From positions 1 through 64,000 of the forward strand of contig MEDY01000046.1 in assembly GCA_001724265.1 (NCBI GenBank): a stretch of DNA of 64,000 bases, written 5' to 3'. The DNA is from Rhizaria sp. SCN 62-66 (lineage: Eukaryota). The notes below the pieces were generated by a model. The model saw only the letters and a program-made list of their open reading frames with translations. It searched no databases and was not told the origin of the DNA. The stretch's first letter is position 1; every line of letters starts with the position of its first letter. The translations under genes and the position numbers were made by a program. This document shows, in pieces, positions 47,901 through 60,200 of the stretch.

Positions 47901-50699
47901 AATGTTGACCATCGCATTCATGAACAATAGATTAAAGCTTGAGATGTGTTGGGCCATATGCTACTCCTTCATAAAAAAGCTCGTGAAGTTCTTAATCATG
48001 TGCTCAATCCAGTTGTGAGCAAGCAAAAAGTACTACTCCGGCAGTTTAGACTTCTTGACCTCGAGACTACGCTGCTGTGGCGATGTTGCCGTACGCCAGG
48101 CCACAATTGCCTTCAAGCACGCTTCGACGCCGATTGACGACTTCTTTTTGAGACTCTCAACAAGATCATCTCCGAGCACAACATCGTCGTTGACTGTCGC
48201 ATCTCCATCTGACACATGGGCGATGAAACCTGGGTTCGAGAGGTGAATGTAGTGAAGTGCGGCAGCAACAGCAGCACCAAACCCGAGATTTTTAGACTTA
48301 CTGCCCTCAACGATCACTTGAGTAAGCTCAATGGGACAGCCTGTAGCAACGCTCATCCTGCCGATCTCAGTAGTCATGAGAGTATCTGGGTGAATTGCAC
48401 CGAGTTCACACAGGTCCTCCATCGCGTGCTTCACTGCATTCTACGACGGTGGATCAAACCAACGGAACTCACTTGGACTATGGCCCAGGGATGCGAGACA
48501 CAGCACCGTCGTTTGCAGCGGTTGGCACAGCACTGCAGCAACGTTTGCTGGGGCAAAACGCTTGAGCTGGTTGTGACTATAGAGACGCACACAGTGGCCT
48601 GGGCGAGTACGGCCAGCGCGACCCTTGCGCTGCTCGGCCGAGGCCTGCGAGATAGACTTCAGCGACACGTGCGCAAGGTGCGTCTTGGCGTTAAACTCGC
48701 TGGCGGAACGCAGGCCGGGGTCAATGACCACGGTCACGCCGTCGATCGTCAGCGATGTCTCGGCAAACTCGGTCGCCAGGTACACGACGAACTCGTTGTT
48801 CTTGTTCTTGTACGCTGCTACTTTGCCCCTGCCCCTGCCCTTGTTCCGCGCGCCGCCCGCGGGCTTACCTGAGCTGTTCTCATCCTCATCAATAGACCCG
48901 AGGTTGCTTGCCGGCTCAAGGTGACCGTCAGCATCTGTCATAGTGACTATGGTGAAGGTCGCATCATTGGGCATCGAACGCGCAATTGTTGATCGCTCGA
49001 GTAGCCGCTTGGCTTGCTCGATGTGACCGTCAGTCGGGAGGAACACCAGAATGTTGCCCTTGAGCGGCCCGCACAAGCTGCCACGCAAGCAACTTGTAAT
49101 GTTTGACACAACCGTGCTTGCCAGGGTGGGCCCAGTAAAGGGCACGGCAGGCGGCACGTGCATGATGTCAACCCAGTTGCGTTGGTCTTTGATGTTAACC
49201 TGGCCAACGCAAAGCGCGTTACCATCGCGTGCAAAGTAGTCGCTGAACGCCTTCGAGTCAATCGTAGCCGACATGACGACAACCTTGATGCCCATACCGA
49301 CAGCTTTTGAGGCGAGCGACAGAAGGATGTCGCTCTCGACAGTGCGCGCATGCGCTTCGTCAAGCACAATACACCCGACTGTCGCATCAGGAACAAGCGC
49401 ACCTTCAGAGCCTAAAGCGCTGTCGGTTTTTCGCGATACTGCAACACGATACGCGTTAATGACGTCCATCTCGGAGGCGTACGCAATGCGGGTGCTGTCG
49501 CTTGCACCTTGGCAGTCGGCGCCGAGGAACGCCACGCCCGATGTACCATCCTCGGCCTTGGCCCCCTGAAGGGTGATGCCGTTGCAGCCATGGATTGCGT
49601 TTTCGTCGCCATTACTTAGGCTCTTCAACAGCCCATGCACACGAAAGCAAGATCCATTGAAGATATTGCGGACGTACTTGGATAGTTCTTCAGCCGCCAT
49701 GCGGTGCGGCTGCGTACACAGCACTGTCTTGCCACGCATGAATTCGAGATCGCTGACAAAAATGGGCACCTGCGTGCTCTTGCCACAACCGGGTGCACCC
49801 GTGACAATAATGATGTCGTTGTCAGTCACCGTGTCCTCAATCTCCTTGCGGTGCCAGCGCACAGAGTGCTCGCCCAGCAGCAGGCTTGCCTCACGGCGAA
49901 GGTAGCGGACCATAGCCTCATCGCTCAGCTGCGCATTGCGTGCTTTAGACACACGCGCGTTAAGGTCGTTGGTGTACTAGTCAAAGCACACCCGCAATGC
50001 GTCACGGTCTGCGCCACGCAACGTTGACTGCGGGCTAAAGTAGTTCGAATGGACTGTCTCACAGATCGTAGCCAACTGGACCTCTGCATGCTTGACCAGC
50101 TGTGCAAGAGGAAGAGTGGCAAGCTTCTTATAATCGTATTGCTTGGCAGGGCTGCGAAGGATGTTCGCATTGTTGTTGCGATCGTTACTGCGGTTGTTTG
50201 CACGTTGGTGGTCACTGCGTCCATGGCCGCCTTCACTGACACGTTCGCGGCGGTTTCCGCGGTTGTGGGCGCTGTTTTCAGGATCACCACCGTCGTTCAC
50301 AGCACCGTTCGAGCCGTCGTCGAAGTCGTCGTCGTTCCCCTCGGGTGTATTGCGGGGTTGACCAGGAGCGCCCCGAGCATGACGAGTCTTCTGGTGCTGG
50401 CGCCGTTCACGCTCGTTCTTGGCGTTTACCGCATCTTGATAATCCGGGTCATCTTCGTGGATGTAGGAACACATCCATTTCTTGCCACTGTCGCAGCCGC
50501 GACGAGTATTGTTGCGAGAGCAGATCAAATGCATAGCGGTGTGGCGGTAGATGCACGTGGAAGCATGCGGATTCCGTGCCAAACAAAGGGCCTTACGGAT
50601 ATATGGACATAGCGGGGTTTCATGCTCGGTGCACCTGGAGTTGAAGCAGAGGCGGCCTTTGCACTTCCGGGCTTCGCCAGGAGGGCGTCCAGAACTCAT
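44912..50699 (-). CDS. CCCH-zinc-finger + DEAH-box RNA helicase + RBR (RING1-IBR-RING2) E3 ligase fusion; four in-frame TAGs (49979, 48443, 48035, 47963); intron 45628-45469
   Basis: GAPGCGKSTQVP, CTQPHRMAA, DEAH, MSAT, LVFLP, LATEFAETSLTIDGV, SQASAEQRKGRAGR, FDPPS..DLCELGAI (HA2). RING1: CLTYC..CNHVACHDC..CCAAGC. IBR-like: CPTNTC..CKTC. RING2: CPNPEC..NCAAVRCGSCKHDFCGVC. Five ORF-track pieces join into one frame. Stop TAA. Confidence 0.88.
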
Positions 50700-51233
50700 C
50701 CTTGGATGCAGCTAAGCCTGCTTTTGCTAAAATAGATGAAATATAAACAGTCACGCGAAAATATTCACATGGTGAGTCAGCAAGCAAAATGTGCTGGAGA
50801 GAGAATGGAGATCCGCCCAATCTCACCGTGGGGGTTCGTACATTGACTTGAGCTGAAGATACGAAAGATAGATACACGTAAAGCATTTAATATAGAGTTA
50901 CATAGGAAAATGCAACTCAAGCTTATTCCTAGTCCCAATACGTTGATAAACGGATATCTCAAGAATCTGTGTCTATTTCATTTGTTGTCCCATTCTTTGG
51001 ATTGGTCGCCTCACACGTCAGTCAGCAAGTAGCCTGGGCGGCTTAGCTTTTACCAAAGGAATCGAGAGTTTTATTTAAGAGGATTTTAACACCGTTTCGA
51101 AAATTTAGCGGGGGAGTGGCAATGGGATATTGTCGAAAGAAATTAAGACGGGCCACTTCCGTTCACAGATATTGATGGTTAACTGACATATTATACGTAA
51201 TACGTATGAAATAAATGTAGTCAATGTGACAAC

Positions 51234-54200
51234 TTAGTCCATCGGCAGAATGGCCTGATGGACGTCGCTCAGAGGCTCTCCCTCGTTGCCACATCCACCG
51301 AGAACCCACAATGCACCACCTTGCACTAATAGCATGGGATCTGTGCGCGGCGTAGGCACAGCCGCACCTGGCGCCGTTGCAGCTACGACCCACGCCATGG
51401 TGCGCAGATCCAACACCTGCAGACCTGGCGCCATCGCGCCTATTGCTGTCTGCCCACCGAACACAAGTACACGCGCCCCGTCAGCCACAGCGGCGGCGCC
51501 AGTCAGCACGCTTTCGGTTCTGACAGCCACGCTTGCGTTCGTGCCACCCATACGATCATTGCACGCCGCGATGACGGAGGCGCGTGTGTTGACTGTGCGG
51601 TGCTCAAGCCAGAGGGCTGATCCTGCGTAACGGCCAGTGACCGAGTCGATGTCGAGTCGCAATTCGTACACAGCTGCCGCCGCCGCAGCACCAGGGGACC
51701 GCGCGCCAGCGACAACGAAGACAGAGCCGCCTGACGACACAACCAGTGCGCCGATGTGCGCACTAGCCGTCGAGGGGGACGGCGGGGTCGCGGTCGGATC
51801 GCCACCCGTCTTGCTCTCATCCTCCTGGCCGGACGCGACTGAGGCTAACGAGCGCGGGCGAAGAGGGCCAGTTGCGCTGGCGGCTGGCTTAACGCGCACA
51901 GAGAGCTCGCGCCAGCCCGCAGTCGGGACGCGCAAGTCGAGCAGCCAAGAGGCCACGGCGTCCGAGGCAGCGCCGCCGGCAGCTGCGATTGTGACGAGGT
52001 TGGAACCGACCCGGACGGTGCGGCGCTGGCTGCATCCAGGCACGGCACTTGCAGGTAGCGTGATAACAGAGACAGCGTTGGTGGTGAGCAACACCGACAC
52101 AAGAACAGCGGCGCCGGTAGCTGCGTCTGAACCGTCAATAAAGAGCTTGCCAGCGTCGTAGTAAATGCCCGCGATATCGAACGGCGTCACGTCCGACGTG
52201 ACGAGCGACACAGTCCGGACACGTTCCTGAGCGTTGAAAATCGACGAAGTACCTGAAGAAGATGCGTCCGCCAACGAAGACGCTGCTGACTTCGGTGCTG
52301 CGACGGTGCCCATCACTGTGATGGCACGGGGGTCAAGCTTGAGCGAAGCACGCGGCGAAGCGCTGCGGTGCAGTACGACGGGCGACGCGGGACGAACCAC
52401 AAGCACTGCCGAGCTGGGCAGTGCGTCGCGCTCGTCGTTGAAAGCATCTAAGGACGCGTTACCACCGCTGCCGTCGTTCTCGTCGTCCAGTGCGATGGCG
52501 CCGCGCGGGGCACGAGCAGGCGGGTCATCGGCGCCCGTGCCGTACGTGCGACAAAAGAGAGCGCGCTCGGGAGTATCCATGTTGGGCATCCAGTGCGACA
52601 TCGCAGTTGACTGCAGCGTCACGACGGCCCAGGCGACTGTTGTCCCAGATCCCATCGCGGTCGTAGCACAACGCACTGAATGTACTGCAGTCAGCACCGC
52701 CACGCCGTTTGGTGTAGCAGTCGCAAAAGACGGCTTTGTTGTCATGCCACCCGTTAGTGTGTTCGAGCGACTGCGATCTTTGATGGCTGGGATGGAAGTC
52801 GCCGTGGCGGCATCCGGCATAACGCTGACGATGGGCGCCGAGACATCGAATCGTGGTGTGAAGACCATCGATGCCGGTTGCAGTGGAGGGTACAGTGTCG
52901 CGAGCACGGGGGTCGACTCAACACCCAATGTGTCAACACTTAGCAAACGTGGTTTCTCACTGTCGCTGTCGCGAGAATTCTTACCAGAAACCAACGAGAT
53001 GGCACGCTTCAGGAACGTCATCTTAGGACGCGCTGCCTCTGCCAATGCAACAGCAGCAGCAGGATCATGAATCAGCTGCGGCAGAGCGTGAGGCGAAACA
53101 GAGACGTGACGCACGTCAAGCCGGCCCCAGTCGCGACTACCCCCGATCTGGACTACGCCGCGCGAGAGCGCCAGCAACGGCGCGAGAGTGAGCATGCTGG
53201 TGACCGGACTTGGCACGTCAGCAGTGCCAAGAGCTGCAATGAACGGGCAGTTGTTAACGACGACGCCCTTAGGACAATGTGGTGTCGCTGCAGCAAGCGG
53301 CGACAGTGTCACAGGCACTCCGTCCAGGAAGACGCGGAACATGCGTCCCAGCGGCGTCGCGCGGCTTTCATTGAGAAGTGTCCCAAACCTTCCGGTAACT
53401 GTAAGCCGATGCCACGTGTCGAGCGCAACCGTGGGGGCTGCCATGTTGTTGTCATCGGCCGCAAAGCGGTACGCAGACGCACCGGCCCAGTCAATGCGAC
53501 CACCAGGGTGCACGGCAAGCACAGGAGGGCGTGCGGCGTCGCGGAACATCCGCACACGTGCCTCCTCGGAGAGTGAGTCCTTCTGAATGACGATTGCATG
53601 ATCCATGCGCGAGTAAAGCGAGGGTGCGCCCTGGTGATTAGCAATGTCAGACTCAGTTGCGCCACATGACACGCCGAGCCCAAAGCTCAACAACGGGAGA
53701 GCGAGTGGACCTGGGAACGTAACTGCGCCCGACGCAGCCGAGACGTTGGATCCACCCGTGTGTGTGACTGGGGAGTCAACAGGTGACGACTGCAGCTTGA
53801 ATTCAAGGACGATTGTGTACTCGCGCACCGCAGCGTAGCGTTCACGAGCATTACGCATGTTAGCGAGATTGTGAGCCCATCCTAAGGCGGAGTACTCGGA
53901 CAAGGAGTGCAGTTTGTTAAACCATTCAGCTTGAACAGGCACGAGCGAATCGCGCACCGAACGCGCACGTGGGGCTGCCGACAGGGCCGAGCTCGTTGGA
54001 GGTAACGCCACAGACAGGAACTCCCCTGCGCCAAGTGATGCCACGAGCCGCGGAAGCGCGGGGATACCTGTCGGCGCCACACCGCTTGTGTAGGCGACGG
54101 GTGCGTTCCCTGAAGTGTCGGCCATGTAAGCCAGCTGTACTTGCTGGCGTGCAACACGCGGAGGAATCACGGCCGGCTGAAACACGACGTGCGGCGGTCC

Positions 54201-57200
54201 GTGCGACGCTAGTCCAGCAAGCAGGCCCATCGTAGTCGAAGGGACCGAGCTCGCGGTGCCGAGTGGAGCGGTTACATGCTTAGAATACTGATGGATCTCC
54301 GAGAACGACCGATGATGAGCGCCGCCACATGCAAAGATGTGACGCGCGCGCCGCGCGAGGCAGTACGGCTGAGGCGCAGTCGGCGATACAGAAACCACCG
54401 CAGGCGGCTCGTTGTAAGCGCCAATCGTTCCAGGTGGCGGCGGTGGAGGCGGCGACGTAAGCGAAGACGAAGCCGGTGCCGGCGGGAAAAATGCAGCCTG
54501 CGGTCCAGACGGGGGCGTGATCGCACGCAACTGGCCCATCATGCGCGCGAGTGGGTTATAGGGGTCTGGGGTGCGGTCGACATCATCCACTGCAGGGTAG
54601 GCTGGCGCAGCCTCTTCGGGCGGAGTGGAGGCGGGGGCTAGAACAACAGACGCGGCAGAACCCTCGAAGGGCAAGCGGTCTTCGGCAACATCAAGGCACG
54701 CGCACTCGCCAGCGCGTCGGATCCCCGGACAGTCATCGTCGGCATCACTCTCGGTGTCACTTCCAGAACCACAACCGCCATTGTTATCGGCCATCGCAAT
54801 CAGATCGTCATCAGCAACGACCTTGACGCGATACGCTGGCTTCGGAGCAGGCTCGTCCTTTGCATTGCGCCATGTCGCCAAGTGTGCCGACCAGTCCAGC
54901 GCGCATACTTCGTCCACACTGGGACGAGCTCCCGGCGAAGTGCTACCACAAACGGCCAGTGTAGAAGCCAGTTCAGGCGCAGCATGCCGCAGGAGCGGAC
55001 CGTCGGGCACACGCGCAGCGGGCGGACGAACACGCACGGTTGCTGGCAGACGCAGGAGTGAGCGTGGCGCGAATAGAAGACTGCGGGGAATGAACATGTA
55101 GCCAGTGCGCGCATAACGTTTTTCTGCGCGCAAATCGGAGGCACGCGAGAAGGTCGCAGCCAGCGCCCATGGAGACATGCTCAAACCGTGCGCCAGCCGC
55201 TGCCAACGCAGCGCTGAGGCTGCCGTCTCCACAGGGCACGTCTCGGCTGCGGCAGCGTCAGCGAGCCGCGGAGCAGAGAAGGCGGCTTCAAGAGGCATCG
55301 ATGCAGGGAGCGGCCTGTCTGCGCTGATCTCCGTCATGGGCGGGGGAGGTGGCACGTATTTCATCCCAGCACGCGCAGCAGCAAGTTGAGTCGCGGTGTT
55401 ACGTGGCGCAGACGAGAAAGCCGGCCGGACGAAGACAACCGACTCCGTCCACGTAGCGTTCTGCACCTGCACACGCTTCGATACTTCATCCTTGCCTTTG
55501 TTTGCTGGTTTTGCCTTGGAAAATGACACCACTGTTGCATTTTTGAATACTTCTGCAACGCCACCGCCGCTAAGAATAGCATCAGCAACTTGATGCTTGT
55601 CGAAGGAGCCGAAGCACTGCATAAGCAGTTCCGGTGGGTTACGGATGATGTTGGCAAGGAAGTTGGGCGAGATGTAAAACTGCTTTAAGTACTCCGCGTT
55701 CAACGACGTCAACAGCATCGCTTGCGGAGCAGGACGGTCAGCATCACAAACCTGACACTTGCGGGCCTCTAAAGGGGACTCCGCATAGGTGCACACAAGA
55801 CAAGTCCACATCTTCGATGCGGTCAGAAGGCGCGAGCGGTGAGTCGCAGTGACTTGCATTCGGACATCACATTCTGTTTCCAGTCGCCGTTTTTCAGCAG
55901 CGGTGCGCACAACACCCATTGGCAGAGGTTGTTGCACCGGCTTGGATAATACCGTTTCGACAGTCTTCGCGGTGGGTAGCGTGGGATAGATTGTGTAGAC
56001 AGCAAACGGGACCTCGCTCCCGATGCCTGCTGAGCGCAGCAGCTCACCCGCAGACGGCCCTGCCGCAAGCGCCAAGTGCTCCCAGTCAAGTGCGCGCGCG
56101 CGAGAGATCCGTGAACCGGCACAGCGGCGCCGGGATTGCATGCGCAGATGGTTGCTGGCAATGAAGGGATGGACCTCGCGTGTCGGCGCAGCGGACACGG
56201 CAATGCTATACGCGGGAGGCGGTGGGAACGAGGTGTCCTGAGTCACACGCGCGGTGACTCTGAGCGCACCATCAGGCACAGCATCGGCGACGCCCGAGTC
56301 ATACGTAGGCGCTGGCGCCGACAGCGTTGTACTCAGATTGTCCACAATAATCTCTCCTGAAGCAGCGGTCCGCGCACGCGTCGTAACCACGACATCATCT
56401 AGCTCGTCGTCTGAAGCAAAGTCCTCCTCATGTACCGGCGTCTGTGCAGTGGCGTCGACTCTGAACGGCGTTGGCGCCACACCCGAGAGCGACGACGATT
56501 GGGAATCAGCGGAACGCATGCCAGAGACAGCTAACGGTTCGCGTGAACCAGAGAGCACGCCATAGACGCGCGTGAGCGGCATCTTGAATGGCGGCGCTAA
56601 CGTTGCGGTCACAGTCAGCGCGGGTGAGATAGCGGCCTCGCCCGCACGCGGCGCACCTGTGCCCGCAGCGTGCAGAGTGCGCGTGTAAGGATGGGGCTCG
56701 AGCGGAGCGCTTGACTCAACAATGTGTGTGGAGTACACGGTGGCGGGCGGCAGGGTCGGAAAGTCGATGGGTGCCGCACAGAGACCAACAATGCCGACGC
56801 AAACTGTGGACGCAGGAACGGTAGAGGCGATAGCCTTCTCATCGGGAACATTCGCTGCGCGCGCAAAGCGGCCGAGGCGTGCAAGAGCAGCCGCAGTCAC
56901 GTTAAGGACACCATGCGCTGAACCCGTCCAGCAATCCGGTAGCTGGTGGAGCGGGCCGAGACGCAGACCGTTGCGAGTGAAGAAGACGCGGTTCGTGTGC
57001 GTGCAGTAGCCAGCGCCAAGTGTGGCAGGCAATGCAAAGGGCGCACAATACTGGACGGCAACCTCGCGGCCGGCGTGGCGGAAAATTAAGACACCGTCAC
57101 AGTTCAGGGCAACAACACCATCAGTCTGGTAAGCGGGCAAATACCGTGCGGCATGTGTGGCCGAGCCGAGAACAACGCCTGTCGTGACCATAATCGCAAT

Positions 57201-60200
57201 GTAGGGGCGTACACCACGACCACGCTCGACGTTGTTGTCGTCATCAGCTGCAGTCGCACTCGGCGCCGCAACGGTGACACCGGGCAGCGAGCCTGCAGCG
57301 CGCCGGCGCGTGGAGGCCAATGCAGCTGGGCTTTTCTCTGCTTCCGTCAAAGCGGCATCCGAAGTCGCGCCTGTCACGCTACTTGCTAGTTTTACGGCCA
57401 TCTTATAGAAACGATTCTTGATAGTCCCATCAGTTACGGCTTGATTAAGTTTCTGAATGGACGCAAGCATACGAAATCGCATAACGGATCCCTCAGCTTG
57501 AGGTGCAGCGTTTGACTCTTCCTCTTCCTCTTCGTCACTACTGTCGGAGTTTCCACCCGAACGCACATTGGAAACTGGAGGAGCGCCAGCATTAGAAAGT
57601 GCGACCGCAACTTCTTCCTTACGCGTGACGTTACCGCGGCTGTCGTCATGTGCGGCCAGTTGAGTCATCCGAGTCACGCCGTCGGTGACGGGCGTGGCGT
57701 GAGCAATAAAGGGCAGGATCGTCGCCTCGAAGTAGACGTACCCACCGCAGTGGGCAGCAGGGAAAGCCTTTGCGGCAGCCTCTGCCTCATCCTTGGCACC
57801 GGCGCCGTCCCAGTTCGCCGACAACAGCTGCGCCGGCACGCCAGGAAGATAAGGCAACGGCGTCGCCGTGACGAGGTTCACGAGTGACGTCTGCGCGCGG
57901 GCAAGGCAGTGCGTGTAGCTCTCAGTCACAAAGTGCACCGGGACCTTGTACGCCTGCATGTGTTGCGTCCAAGGTGCGGAACGTGGGCCAGGCGAATACA
58001 CGCTGCTCCACAACGCGATCATGTTCGTGTTGGCGCCAACCGCAGCGGCCCAGGTGAGTTCCATCATTGCCAGCACGCGGCGGCGCAGGTCATCTGCAGA
58101 CTGCCGGCGCGCGACAGCAGCGTTAGCAAGAAGCTGGGGATAAGTGCCATCAAGAACCAGGTTGTACCCATTTTCACGCATGATGATGTCCGACTCAGCT
58201 GTCAGTGTCTGCGGCCACATCATCGCAGCGTGCAGTGCCGCCTCACTCACCGGCGCCATCAGTGCACGATCAACACGGGTCCACAAATAACGCGGTTCAC
58301 GGCGATTGCATGCAGCCTCATTGCTCGCACTATTAGAGGACGCATCATGAGTCAGGTTTTCGCCCCAACCGCCAGACTCCTCCTCATTGTCGTCATGCCT
58401 TTGATTGTTTGACCGACGCTTAGCCACAATAGCATTGCGAATGCGCGACTCGTTCGCAAAGTGCAGACTAATCTCGTTCTTAGCTGTAACACGGGACTTG
58501 GTCTCGCTATCTGAGCGCTGGGTTAGATCCTCATCCATCAGCGTGCGCATCGACGTCACAGCTAACGCTGCGGGTGTGGGGATTGGCCGTGTCGTGCGAA
58601 ACGGGCGCATCACCATCGCCGTGCCGCGGACAACGGGTGCTACGAGCGAACGCATCGTCTGCGCAGGAACAACAATCTGTGCGTCGCCGCTGGGCATCGC
58701 CACACTGGTAAGCGCAGATGTTGACTCAAGCACAGTCAGGTAGCGACCACCGCCGTCTACTGGCGCGCGGCGGCGCAGCAGCAGCCGGGGTGCAGGCGGA
58801 GAGATGGCAGAACCAAGCGGGGGCGCGCGGATGCCAGCGCAGATAATCATCGACTGCTCCATGGCGCAGGTTTGATACATCTTGATAACCGCAATGCCAT
58901 CGATGAACACAGTTAGAGCACCGTTGATGTTGTCCGTCGTGAGCGTGACAGAGCTGCGGGACGTGAGCGGTGGGAGGCGTTTCGAGCACAGATCCTTGTC
59001 AAGGCGCAGATGGGTCTCCATGCCACTGTTGTTGTTGTTCTTGTTGTTGTTGCGCTTATTGTCATTAACCTTGGTACTCTTGACCTTGGTCCGCTTAAAT
59101 CCTGAGAATGTGTTGGCGATCATCATCTTCATTTTTTTCTCGACTGAGTTAAACATCGAAAAGACACCGCTGGATTTCTCATCGTCCTCCTCAATTTCAG
59201 GACTGCTTGCATCATCCGCTGAAGGCGGTTCAAGTAAAGCTGCGACAGTCGCGTCTACAGCCGAGATGCTCCCACACGGTGCGAGCTGAGCTGCACGTTT
59301 AAGCACCGATGTTGCGATTTCAATGTCAGGTCCTACAAAGGCGTGGCCCGTTGACAGGATCACAACGCCATCTGATGGGGCACGCGCCCACGGCAAGCTA
59401 TTCGTTTGCGGGGACACAGAGGAAGATGCAGGTCCAGACAGTGACGAAGACTCAACACTACTGCCATTAGCCAATCCGTCACCGTTGGGCTGCGTGATCG
59501 TGTGCAACGCGGATAGCGCCGCGCCAAGCGAGCTGCCCGCATTAACACTCGAATGCCTAGTGCTATGATCGTCGACAGCAATCCCACTTGGTAGGGGTAA
59601 CAACGCGATGAAAAAAGACGGAGCGTCCGCAGCCGAGATCGCGTCCTCGTCAGCACACGCATGCTCCTGACCCTCAGTTGTAACCCAAGACACTGGTACT
59701 GTTGTGCTTGTAGGTAAGATATCAACCGTGAAAGAGGAGAACAGATTGCTGTGCGAAGCGCCATTCATTGCAGACGCAACGTGCCAGCTCCCGGGTGTCG
59801 CGGTGGGCGCGAGAGAGAGCACGCTGCCTCCGGGGGCAACCTCGACCGACAGCTCGACTTGTGCGCTCGCAGCGATCGCAGGAGCAACCGTTGGGACAGC
59901 CCATGAGTGCGCGCGGCGGTCAGTCTCGATGTTGGCCTTTGTCACAGCAGGGTCTTCGGCGACCACAGTTAAGTTAACAGAGGGCACAGATGAGTCCATG
60001 TTTGCGCAAAGCGAGCAGCCGAGTGAGAACTCCATTCCGTTGGGCGGGTGCGCGAGCTTCAGAGGACATTTGCTTGGCCGCGACAAGATAGATGTGCCAA
60101 TCCTGGCAAAGATCTCTTCTTGCGACTTCAGCTTGCCGAATCCGGAATAGTCTGTCTTGAGAATCTTCTGCACGTCGGGGTCACACTGACTCTGTTCATC

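Noticed and set aside
17080-49979. Ciliate-type code (UAA and UAG both Gln) or pyrrolysine decoding
   Set aside because: TAA ends conserved proteins exactly at family C-termini (dynein light chain KSG-TAA, SDR) and was never seen internally. Pyrrolysine is prokaryotic, and the TAG sites are non-catalytic.
41422-50699. Dioxygenase and helicase-RBR as pseudogenes
   Set aside because: All seven interruptions are TAG, with no frameshifts or internal TAA/TGA, and catalytic motifs and splice sites are intact.
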